Source of the DNA: Squalus acanthias
Lineage: Eukaryota
Reading direction: 5' to 3'
DNA: 64,000 bases
Assembly: GCA_030390025.1 (NCBI GenBank)
Contig: CM059431.1
Coordinates: 103,294,001-103,358,000, forward strand
A program made the position numbers and the translations under genes. Below the pieces are notes generated by a model. The model ran no database searches and was not told the DNA's origin. It saw only the letters and a list, made by a program, of their open reading frames with translations. The number at the start of each line of letters is the position of its first letter. Positions within the stretch are counted from its first letter, which is position 1. Below, piece by piece: positions 51,412 through 62,419 of the stretch.

Positions 51412-52409
51412 AGTCTCTTTGCAAGCAAAGTTATGAAGGACAGCAACCAAAGTACCAGCGAAGTTAGGATCAGTAGGCAAAACTACCTCACAAAGCGTTG
51501 ACTCAATGCAGAAGTCTCTCTTTCTCTCTCTCCGAATCTCTCTCTCTCTCTCTCAGAACGAGTGGTGCAAAAATGTCAACCACAGAAAAAGACAGGAAGA
51601 GGCCCCCTTTAAATAGCGCCCCCCCCAGCCCCACAGCGATTGATAGCGTTCCAGTCTTCCGGTCGTTGGATGCGCCAGGCGGTAAGGCAGGGGGCGCCAC
51701 TCAATTTCCGCTCCGGGGCGCCACAAGGGCGTTGCACCATGGAATGACGTCACAATCTGCGCGCGCAGGTGGTCGCAGCGGTAAAGTTTAGCGCCGCCGC
51801 ACAATGTCTAGTTAAGTTCCCGAGCGGCGCAAACATCGCTGCGCCCGGGCGCTAGCGGCTTTGCGCCCCATTAGCGCCCTCTTAAGGCGCTAACGGGAGG
51901 CGCAACCAACTGAATTTTTCCCCCTATGACTCTTATGTAGGAATGATTTATTATTGTAACATTAATGATATTTCCAGCATCTCAGCTGGTGTCCTGAACA
52001 AAATGGCAGGTAACACTGGTGCCACATAAATGCCAGGGAACGGCTATCTGGTGTGGTGGGTGCTGACTCACTGCGTTGCCATCAAGAGGAACTGACTGGT
52101 TCTTGACTGGGGCAGTGATCACATCATATAGAAGGGAAGTGGCCTTATAGAGAATGCTTGGTCCGCGTGATCTCCTGGGCTGGTTTCGATCGCCTGAGGG
52201 GGTCGGAGAGGAATTATCCGAGTATTTTTTCCCCTTATTGGCCCTGGATTTTTTGTCTCTCCCAGTAAATTACATGGCTGGGGGAGGGGTGGGGGTGGGC
52301 GATAGAGGGGAGGAGGAGTGGGAAGTCTTTATTTATGATGCTCCAGCCATCAGGAGGTGTGGGGCAGGCTTGCCGGACTAGCTAGTCTTTTCCTACCAGT
52401 CAATTTAGC

Positions 52410-53120
52410 ATGTTCGAAGAAGAGCAATCTCAGCCATCTCCCCATGACCTTTAGTGGCACCATCATCCTCGAGTCCACCGCCATTGACATCTTGGAGGCC
52501 ACCATTGATCAGAAGCTGAATTGGACCAGCCAGGGCTACAAGAGCACGGTAGAGGCTGGGCACTCTGTGACAAGTGGCTCACCACCTGACCCCCTTAAAG
52601 CCTTTCCACCATCTACAAGGCTCAAGTCAGGAGTGTGATGGGCTACTCACCACTTATCTGGACGGGCAAAGCCAAGACAATGCGCAAGAAACTCAACACC
52701 ACCCAGGACAGAACTTTTGTTTAATCTCGTGCCCCTGGACGCAATATCCATCCCCTCCACCGCCGGATCAATGCGGCTGCAGTGTGTACATCGTACAGGA
52801 TGCACTGCAACAACTCACCAATGCTACTTGAACAGCATCTCCCTCCCCTGCAATCTTTACCAATGAGTAGGTCAAACAGTAGCAATGTCACGGGATCATC
52901 ATCATCTCCAAGTTCCCATCAACTCACACACCTCCCAGTTCATTCATCATTGCTGGGTCATAATTCTGGTATTTCCTGACCCAACACCATCGAGAGAGCA
53001 CCATGACCACAAGGACTGTAGCAGTTCGAGAAGATGGCTCACCATCACCATCCCAGGGCAATTAAGGGATGGGCAATAAATGAGGCATCACCCACATCCT
53101 GAGAATAAATGACAAAAAAA
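52410..53120 (+). mobile_element. Degenerate CR1/L2-group LINE 3' fragment
   Basis: TIDQKLNWTS, TIYKAQVRSVM and the shared GGGCAATTAAGGGATGGGCAATAAATG end. Confidence 0.75.
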
Positions 53121-53318
53121 ACCAAAAGCAGCCATCCAAAGGAGATCAAGCTTTCAGAAACATAGAAGATAGGAGCAGGAGTAGGCCATTCAGCCCCTCG
53201 AGCCTGCTCCGCCATTCAATGAGATCATGGCTGATCATCCAAATTCAGTACTCTGTCCCTGCCTTCTCCCCATATCCCTTGATCCCTTTAGCTTTAGAAA
53301 TATAGAAAAGTACTCGAC

Positions 53319-53391
53319 CTCGCCGGTGGGGAATTAGAACCCCGGTCTCCCGCGTGACAGGCAGGGATACTCACCACTATACTACCGAGGA
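53319..53391 (-). tRNA. tRNA-Asp(GTC), degenerate, probable pseudogene
   Basis: The minus strand reads TCCTCGGTAGTATAGTGGTGAGTATCCCTGCCTGTCACGCGGGAGACCGGGGTTCTAATTCCCCACCGGCGAG. It has an altered T-loop, stem mismatches and TTTT about 10 nt downstream. Confidence 0.88.
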
Positions 53392-53451
53392 CCAGCCACC
53401 TGCACCTGTGACCAGTTAAAGGACAGTACCTCAATCTCCACTTGCTAGACC

Positions 53452-53745
53452 AGGTCGGGGAGTCTAGGACAAGGGGACATAACCTTACAATCAGAACCAG
53501 GCCAGTCAGGAGAGAAGTTGGGAAGCACCTCTTCACGTAAAGTGTGGAGCTCTCTCTCCCAAAAAGCAATAGATGCGAGCTCAATTAATAACTTTAAATC
53601 TGAGATTGATAGATTTTTGCTAGACAAGGGTTTAAAAGGATATGGAGTCGAGGCAGGTGGATGGAGTCAAGACACAGGTCAGCCATGATCTCATTGAATG
53701 GCGGAACAGGCTCGAGGGGCTGAATGGCCTACACTCGTTCCTATG
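53452..53745 (+). mobile_element. CR1 3' fragment (an oppositely oriented CR1 end lies at 53155-53292)
   Basis: Matches 27300-27602. Confidence 0.85.
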
Positions 53746-54812
53746 CAATCAACAAAACCTATGTGACATCTCTAAATCCTGAGTGGTCGATCTTTTCCCA
53801 ATCCCTAGCATGCCTTCATCAATGGATAGCATCTGGTTTGAAGCAAAGAAAGAATTCATAGTTGATGTTCATTTCATTGCATGACATGACCTTTAAACAA
53901 CTGGGGGGGGGCGGGGGGGGGGGAGGGTGGGGGGGTGGGTGTTGAGTAACGCAGACTTTAAAACCACTTTTCCGTGAATTGAATTGCAACGAGTGCCAAA
54001 GTATCTAATTTAGGACGAGGAAAACTACACACTGCACTGTGCACATTAAATAATGAGAGATAACATGTATTGCTTCAAATTACACGGCACAGAACCAATT
54101 TACTGCATCAGTTGCAAAAGCCCAAGCATTTTCTATATCCACACACTAGCCTCACAGACTTTGCTTGTTGAATTTGAATTGTGTGTTCTGCGTTTCTGGG
54201 CAGTTTTACTCAACATATTGTTTAATATAGGCAGTACGTTAAATGATAGTCGGTATTTAGGGCATGCCTTATTGCGTGTATGTGGTTTTAGGCTTCGCAT
54301 TCAATTTTGTTTGCAGAATAAAGGATATTCAGTTGCAGATCACTGAATATGGAATTTATCCAATGTGTGAGGATGATCAAATTACTCTCAAAACCTACAG
54401 GGACAATTGAGTTGTCGCTGGTGGAATAAATTTCAAACTCAGTATCCTGCCATTCCACATTCTGATTGCACAAATGTCGTGTGAACATTTACCGTAGAAG
54501 AAAATGCCACATTTACCGTGTCCCGGCCTTTTGTGAACCTGGTGAGATTTGGAATATCTCCCATGTCTTTCCGTGAAGCAGCTTTCATCTCTGTGTGGTG
54601 GAGGTTAAAAAAAAAGCAATTGCACAGCTTTTCCTGAAATGGTATAGCCAGCATCTTACGGCAAAATTCACGCTGATCTCCCAGTCGGTGAGTTAAGCCA
54701 GAATTTCCCAGAATCTCATTCGCATACACCTCAATTAAAGTTAAAAAAAATCAGCATTAAAAAAAGAAAGACTTGCATTTCTTCAGCGCCTTTCACAACC
54801 TCAGGACGTCCC

Positions 54813-56273
54813 TGAAGGGATAATTACTAGTCCTAGCCCTTTTCGGGCCACCCCGGATCAGACGTATTCCCCAGACGTTCACCTTCAACTAAAGTTAAAG
54901 ATAGCCGAATCCTATAAGACGCTTAATTGGATCTAAAGGTTCAGACTATCTCTCCCTAAAGGAAAGGAACGACTTGAAGATGTTACCGTCCTCCAGTTAG
55001 CACTTTTAATAAGTTTAACTAGACTGTAACCTTCCGGATATTATGAGGGTCTGGAAAACTCCCCCAGAATTCTGCAACTCCTCACAAAAGAGTGTACAGA
55101 GATTGAGTTCGCGAGTTTGATACAGAAATACTATTTGAGACAATTCTAAAAATATATAGATTTATTAAAGAACCGACATACAGTTAACAGTTGGTGAGTC
55201 AATCGCAACTTTAACAGTTCAAAATACAAATAGCTTACAATTCTTCTCAGAGATCCTTATTCTCAAATCTTAACTTCGTTACATTTTTACATTTCGTACT
55301 TATTTCTAATCCAGGATATCCACCAAAATCAAATAAAAGTACCTTTTTGATCCCCGAGACTCAAAGAGTTAAAAACTTACAGAGCCTGCCTCTGAAGAGT
55401 GAGAGAATCGCTTGCCCCTTCCAGCGACTTCTGACTTCCTATTTGAAAGTTTTATATTTTATACTCTTTTTGCAGTGGCATATCCTTTGAAGTTTTCTGC
55501 TGATGTAAGCTAATTATCTCTCGTCATATTTCTGTTGACTTCTTTCTATTCTTACTGTCAATTCAGCTGTTAACTTGCAGACTTCTGTCTCTACCTTTAG
55601 GTGTTCAAAACTTATCATAAAAAATGGTTATAACAGATGTATCTACTTGATGCCATTTTTACGAAGGTCTTCCATTCAATTCTTAAATCACCTTAGCTGC
55701 TTGTAAGCAGACTTCTCGTCTCCTAACTGTTCCAAGTTCAATACAAAAACCATGTGATTACTTGGTGCATCTATTGATGTAATATTTACAAAGTCTTCTG
55801 TTTGTACCTTTTACAATATGTAAATCAAAAACACTTCAACCAAGTACTTGATTGTTTTCCTAGCCATCTTAGTTGGTTATATTACAAACTTATGTCTCTG
55901 TCTTTCATTTGATATTACTTTTACAAAGGCACATGTTTCTTTAATGTTCTGTGTTTCTGTTCGAAGTGTTAGTTTACAATACTTTAAACTGGGTATAGCT
56001 ATTGTGTTGGTTCCAAACTGCAGACTTCTTGGAAACTCCAACCCTTTGCTTCAATAGGGCCATTGTCTCAGTGTCAACAACCAATTCCCATTTCAAAAGC
56101 TTGTAAGGTGTTTACAGCTTACAAGCTCATCTTATCTCAGAAGCCTATATTTACAGCTTTGTGTCGTTGAGGCTTTTAGATTTTTAAACCCAGTTTATCA
56201 TGTTTTAATAATGTCAGAATTCTGTTCATAGGATGATGTATTTTTCTGAATAGGTTTGGCTCATTCCTTTATA
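54813..56273 (-). mobile_element. Solo LTR copy 2 (1461 bp)
   Basis: TGAAGGGA..TTCCTTTATA, TSD GTCCC. Minus-strand TATAAAA at 55463-55457 and AATAAA at 55166-55161. Confidence 0.87.
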
Positions 56274-56340
56274 GTCCCAAAGCGCTTTACAGCCAATGAA
56301 GTACTTTTTGAAGTGTGGTCACTGTTGTAATAGAGTCATA

Positions 56341-57101
56341 GGGGTAAAAATTGAGTCGCGCCCCATTTGGGGCGCTAACCTCGCCGGGGCGTGACTTTTA
56401 GCGCCCCGAAAAAATTAGCGGCCCCGCGCCGGAACTTCAGTGGTTGCGCCCCAAGAGGGAAGCGGGGCGCAACTGGAAGCAGCCCGCATCCCTCTTGGGG
56501 CGCTGCGAGTGAATATCCTGGCGCTACGTGCCGCAGCGCCACGCGCTGCGGCACGTCGCGCCGCGGTATTGCAGGCCTTCCTCCCCTTCTTAAAGGGGAG
56601 GGACCCTGCGCAGCGCGAACCGGGGCCCAGCTGGGCCCCCAGGGATCGGGAGTGCCGGCAAAAGAGCCCGGCACTCAAGAGAAGTGCCGGGCTCTTGGAG
56701 CGCAGCCGGCACTTCACGGTGGGGGGGCTTCACGGGGGCCGGGGGCAGGTGCTGGCAGGCGGCCAGCAACAAAAATGGCCGCCTGCCACCTCCGCTTTAA
56801 ATATCGCCGCCCCGGCCGCACGTACGCCTCCCTGAACCCGTCGGACATAGCGTCTGGCGGTAAATCAGGGGGCGCGACTGAAGATCACGGCCGGGGCGCG
56901 AGCGGGGTGCTGCGCACGGCGATGACGTCATCGCCGGCGGCGCAGCGCCACAGGGCGCTACCGGCTGCCGCCGCCGCTAACCTCCCACTAAATTTTTCGG
57001 GAGGCGTGGGCGGCGCTGCGCCCGGGCGTTAGCTGCTTTACGCCCCATTAGCGCCCTCTTAAGGCGCTAACGGGAGGCGCAAGCAGCTGAATTTTTCCCC
57101 C
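56341..57101. mobile_element. GC/CpG-rich Harbinger MITE sharing ends with the 47758 element
   Basis: GGGGTAAAAATT..AATTTTTCCCCC, TSD ATA. The last ~60 bp are nearly identical to 51860-51924. Confidence 0.92.
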
Positions 57102-57173
57102 ATAGAGTTATACAGCACGGATAGAGGCCCTTCGGCCCATCGTGTCCGCGCCGGCCATCAAGCCCTGTCTAAT

Positions 57174-60088
57174 CTAATCCCATATTCCAGCATTTGGTCC
57201 GTAGCCTTGTATGCTATGGCATTTCAAGTGCTCATCCAAATGCTTCTTGAATGTTGTGAGGGTTCCTGCCTCCACAACCCTTTCAGGCAGTGAGTTCCAG
57301 ACTCCAACCACCCTCTGGGTGAAAAAGTTCTTTCTCAAATCCCTTCTAAACCTCCCGCCCTTTACCTTGAATCGATGCCCCCTTGTTATAGACCCCTCTA
57401 CTAAGGAAAAAAGCTCCTTAATATCCATCCTATCTATGCCCCTCATAATTTTGTACACCTCAATCATGTCCCCCCTCAGCCTCCTCTGCTCCAAGGAAAA
57501 CAAACCCAATCTGCCCAGTCTCTCTTCATAGCTGAAGCACTCCAGCCCGGGTAACATTCTGGTGAATCTCCTCTGCACCCTCTCCAAAGCTATCACATCC
57601 TTCCTGTAGTGTGGCGACCAGAACTGCACACAGTATTCCAGATGTGGCCTAACCAGTGTTTTATACAGCTCCATCATAACCTCCTTGCTCTTATATTCTA
57701 TGCCTCGGCTAATGAATGCAAGTATCCCATATGCCTTTTTTACCACCTTATCCACCTGTTCCGCCGCCTTCAGGGATCTGTGTACTTGCACACCAAGATC
57801 CCTCTGACCCTCCGTCTTGCCTTGGGTCTTACCATTCATTGTGTATTCCCTTGCCTTGTTAGTCCCTCCAAAGTGCATCACCTTGCACTTTTCCGGATTA
57901 AATTCCATTTGCCACTGTTCCGCCCATCTGACCAACCCATCTATATCGTCCTGCAGACTGAGGCTACCCTCCTCGCTATTTACCACCCTACCAATTTTTG
58001 AAACATCCGCGAACTTACTGATCATACCTTTTACATTCATATCCAAGTCGTTAATGTAGACCACAAACAGCAAGGGACCCAGCACCGATCCCTGTGGTAC
58101 CCCACTGGCCACAGGCTTCCAGTCACAAAAACAACCTTCGACCATCACCCTCTGCCTTCTGCCACTGAGCCAGTTTTGTATCCAATGTGCCAAGGCACCC
58201 TGGATTCCATGGGCTCTTACCTTCTTGACCAGTCTCCTGTGCGGGACTTTATCGAAGGCCTTACTGAAATCCATGTATACCACATCCACTGCGTTACCCT
58301 CATCCACACACCTAGTCACCCCCTCAAAAAATTCAATCAAATTAGTCAGACATGATCTTCCCTTGACAAAGCCATGTTGGCTAATCCTGATTAATCCTTG
58401 CCTCTCCAAGTGGAGACTAATTTTGTCCCTCAGAATTTTTTCCAATAATTTTCCTACCACTGATGTTAGGCTCACTGGCCTGTAGTTCCCCGATTTTTCC
58501 CTACTCCCTTTCTTGAATAATGGTACTACATTAGCGGTTCTCCAGTCCTCTGGCACATCCCCTGTGGCCAGAAAGGTTCTGAATATATGTGTTAGAGCCC
58601 CCGCAATCTCCTCCTTTGCCTCACACAGCAGCCTGGGATACATTTCGTCCGGACCTGGGGATTTATCCATTTTTAGACCTGCTAAAACCGCCAATACCTC
58701 CTCCCTCTCGATGTTAAAATGTTCGAGTATATCACAGTCCCCCTGCCCTAATTTTATGTCTCCATAGTGAAAACAGATGCAAAAAATTCATTTAGAACCC
58801 CACCTACATCTTCCGGCTCCACACACAGATTGCCACTTTTGTCCCTAATGGGCCCTATTTTTTCCCTAGTTATCCTCTTACCCTTAATATACTTATAAAA
58901 CATCTTAGGATTTTCCTTTATTTTGCTCGCCAGTGTTATTTCATGGCCCCTCCTTGATCTCCTAATTTCTTTTTTAAGTATCTCCCTGCACTTTTTGTAC
59001 TCCTCTAGGGCTTCCTCCGTCTTTAGCATTTTGTATCTGCCAAAAGCCCTCCTTTTTTTCCTGATCCATTCTCGTATATCCCCCGACATCCAAGGTTCCC
59101 TGGGGTTTTTGGAACCACCCTTGACCTTTACGGGAACATGCTGCCATTGTATGATCTCAATCTCCCTTCTGAAAGAATCCCATTGCTCCGATGCGGATTT
59201 TCCTACAAGCAGCTGATCCCAGTCCATTTTGGCCAGATCCTGCCTTATCCTATTAAAATCGGCCTTCCCCCAATTTAGAACCTTTATTTCCGGCCCATCC
59301 CTGTCCTTTTCCATGACCACCTTAAATCTCACCGTATTATGGTCACTGTCACCAAAGTGCCCACCTACTAGCACTTCTTCCACTTGGCCGGCCACATTCC
59401 CTAGAATTAGGTCCAGTACCGCCCCCTCTCTTGTAAGACTTTCTACATGCTGGCTCAAAAAGCTCTCCTGGATGCACTTTAAGAATTTTGAACCCTCTAA
59501 TCCTTTCACACTCTGACTATCCCAGTTAATATTGGGGAAGTTGAAATCCCCCATTATTATTACCCTATTATTTGCACATTTCTCTGAGATTTGCCTACAT
59601 ATCTGTTCCTCTATCTCCCCCTGACTGTTTGGGGGCCTACAGTATGCTCCCAGCAAAGTGCTTGCCCCCTTTTTGTTTTTAAGCTCCACCCATATAGCCT
59701 CATTGGAGGAACCTGCTAATATATCATCCTTCCTTATGGCAGTAATTGATTCTTTAATTAATATTGCGACCCCCCCTCCTCTTATACCTCCCCCTCTGTC
59801 TCGCCTGAAGATTCTGTACCCCGGAATATTGAGCTGCCAGTCTTGCCCCTCCCTCAACCATGTCTCCATGATAGCAACAATATCATACTCCCATGTGTTT
59901 ATCAACACCTTCAGTTCATCCACCTTATTCGCTAGACTCCTTGCATTAAAATAGATGCCTTCCAGCCTTGCTCTTACATGTTTGCCCTGTCTTCCAAGCT
60001 GACTTGTTTTTTTCTCTATATTTGACTGTACATCACCCCCTATTGTAGCTCCACTCTGTATCCCATCCCCCTGCCAAGTTAGTTTAAA
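57174..60088 (-). pseudogene. CR1 ORF2 (endonuclease and RT), frame-disrupted near 58750, FADD changed to FADV
   Basis: YFNARS, GDFN, SDHN, QHGF, PQGSVLGP. Confidence 0.93.
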
Positions 60089-61029
60089 CCCCCCCCAACA
60101 GTGCTAGCAAACCTCCCCGCAAGGATATTTGTCCCGCTCTGGTTCAGATGCAAACCGTCCGACTTGTACAAGTCCCACCTTCCCCAGAAGCAGGCTCAGT
60201 GATCCAGGAAACTAAAACCCTCCCTCCTGCACCAACTCTTTAGCCACGCATTCATCTGTTCTATCCTCCTATTCCTATACTCACTAGCACGTGGCACTGG
60301 GAGTAATCCAGAGATTACAACCTTTGAGGTCCTGCTCTTTAATCTGCTGCCTAGCTCCCTAAATTCTTGATGCAGGACCTCATCCCCCTTCCTACCTATG
60401 TCGTTGGTCCCAATGTGAACCACGACCTCTGCCTGCTCACCCTCCCCCTTAAGAATGCCCTGTAGCCGCTCAGTGACATCCATGACCCTGGCCCCAGGGA
60501 GGCAACCAACCATCCTGGAGTCACGTTTACTGCCACAGAAACGCCTATCTGTTCCCCTTACGATAGAATACCCTACCACTATTGCTCTCCCACTCTTTTT
60601 CCTCCCTTTCTGAGCAGCAGAAGCAACCCTGGTGCCAGGAAGTTGGCTGCTGCCGCTCTCCCCTGGTGAGTCATCCCCCTCAACAGTATCCAAATCGGTA
60701 TACCTGTTTGAAAGGGGGTTGACCGCAGGGGTCCCCTGTACTTCCTGCCTGCCTCTGCTGCTCCGCCTGATGGTCACCCATTTCCCTTCTGCCTGTGCAG
60801 CCCTACCCTGCGGCGTGACCAACTCGCTAAACGTGTTATCCACGACCCTCTCAGCATCGCGTATGCTCCAAAACTCATCCACCCGCAGCTCTAGCGCCGC
60901 AATGCGGTCTACAAGTAGCTGCAGCTGGATGCATTTCTCGCACACATGGTCCCCAGGGACACTGGCAGCGTCCCTAAATTCCCACATGGAGCAAGAGGAG
61001 CATAACACGGGGCTGATCTCACCTGCCAT
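60079..61029 (-). pseudogene. CR1 ORF1: zinc-finger/leucine-zipper plus SGNH esterase-like domain, premature TGA at 60198-60196
   Basis: CSSC..CEKC, IVVG(Y)SIVR and HIGTND. After the stop the frame continues ..DGLHLNQSG..GGGLN*. Confidence 0.92.
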
Positions 61030-61257
61030 GACCTAATCCTTTAATTAAATAAAAAATGTATTCAATACCCCAGTTACAGATATACTCTAGGGTGCTTTAT
61101 TTACCAACTGTCCCCACTACACCACAGAGACCCTAGAAATTTAACACCACAGAATTTAAGCTTAAAAAGAGAGAAATACTCACCAACCAATCACTTACCT
61201 GCTTTTTGGTGACGTCACACTTCGATTATTTTTCCCTCCGAGTTCGGAGACTGGTAC

Positions 61258-61462
61258 GCCTTACCTGGTCTCTGGAGCCTTTTATAGGCCCACTGCCGCC
61301 GCTGAAACTCCCGCCAACGCTCTGAGGCCTTACCTGGTCTCTGGAGCCTTTTATAGTTTTATAGGCCCACTGCCGCCGCTGAAACTCCCGCAGACGCTCT
61401 GAGGCCTTACCTGGTCTCTGGAGCCTTTTATAGGCCCACTGCCGCCGCTGAAACACCCGCCG
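61258..61462 (-). repeat. Three ~60-70 bp tandem monomers at the CR1 5' end
   Basis: Minus unit CAGCGGCGGCAGTGGGCCTATAAAAGGCTCCAGAGACCAGGTAAGG. Confidence 0.93.
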
Positions 61463-62419
61463 ACGGGAAAATGGGCACGTGTCACTTACACCCAAATTTA
61501 CTCAACCTTTTTTGCGCCGAAAATCACCAATACTCTGTTGTGTTGTGTAGGAAACACGGCAGCCAATTTGCACACAGCAAGCTCCCACAAACAGCAAAGT
61601 GATAATGACCAGTTCATCTATTTTAAGCGATGTTGGTTGAGGGATAAATATTGGCCCAGGACACCGGGGAGAACTTCCCAGCTCTTCCCCAAATAGTGCA
61701 TCCACCTGAGAGAGCAGACGGGGTCTCGGTTTAACATCTCATCCGAAAGACGGCACCTCCGACAGAGCAGCGCTCCCTCAGCACTGTACTGGGAGCGTCA
61801 GCCTAGATTTTTGTGCTCACGTCTCTGGAGTGGGACTCAGTGTAAAACAATCAGGATCTGAGGAAAAGCGCCAAACTGACACCATCTTCTTTCTTTAAGG
61901 TGCTCTTTATGCATAAAAATTTGCCATCATTCTTGCAAATTAGACACAGCAGATGCAATCGCGGAAATGTTTCAATTTTTAAAATGCAAATCATTCCGCT
62001 GCCACTAAGGTGCTTTCAAAGTCACATTTTAGGTCTCAGTGAGGAGAAATCAAAAATCACCATGAAACGCCAGAATTGTGACTGTTGTGACTAAAGCTTT
62101 GGGCACAAATTGAGAGCCCGTTCAGAACTGGCGTGAAGTAACTCAGTTCGTGCGAGCCACAATTTTTGCCTGGGGGTGGGTGAGACGGGGGGAGGGGGTG
62201 GAGCGAGGTAAACACACGGCAGAGGATTCCAGGTGGATGGTTCACAGAATAGGCGCAACAAGCCGCGGAAATTTGGGCGCAGTGTGAAAACGGGCACGTG
62301 TCACTTACACCCAAATTTACTCAACCTTTTTTGCACCGAAAATCACCAATACTCCGTTGTGTTGATGCACGTATTCCGGAAAGTGAATCACTCATCAGGG
62401 AAAGACTGGCTGAGCACTT

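Larger units (their letters stand above)
47758..51924. mobile_element. Full-length PIF/Harbinger DNA transposon (4167 bp) with convergent Myb and transposase genes
   Basis: Perfect TIR GGGGGAAAAATT..AATTTTTCCCCC, TSD TAT, both genes present. Confidence 0.97.
57102..61466 (-). mobile_element. Full-length CR1 LINE (5' UTR, ORF1, ORF2, 3' UTR), lightly mutated
   Basis: Minus ORFs 60196, 58754 and 57174. The tail is split by the MITE at 56341. Confidence 0.96.
54758..61840 (-). mobile_element. One Deu SINE split into three parts (54758-54812, 56274-56330, 61546-61840) by nested insertions
   Basis: The parts rejoin into the SINE consensus ..GGACGTCCC|AAAGCGC..CTGTTGTAA|TGTAGGAAAC.. Confidence 0.88.

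Noticed and set aside
53903..53940. G-quadruplex-like G run
   Set aside because: Simple low-complexity tract with no functional context, and prone to homopolymer error.
56341..57101. CpG-island promoter or 213 aa ORF
   Set aside because: It coincides exactly with a TIR/TSD-bounded MITE.
61258..61462. CRISPR-like array
   Set aside because: Tandem monomers without unique spacers, in a eukaryotic LINE 5' UTR.
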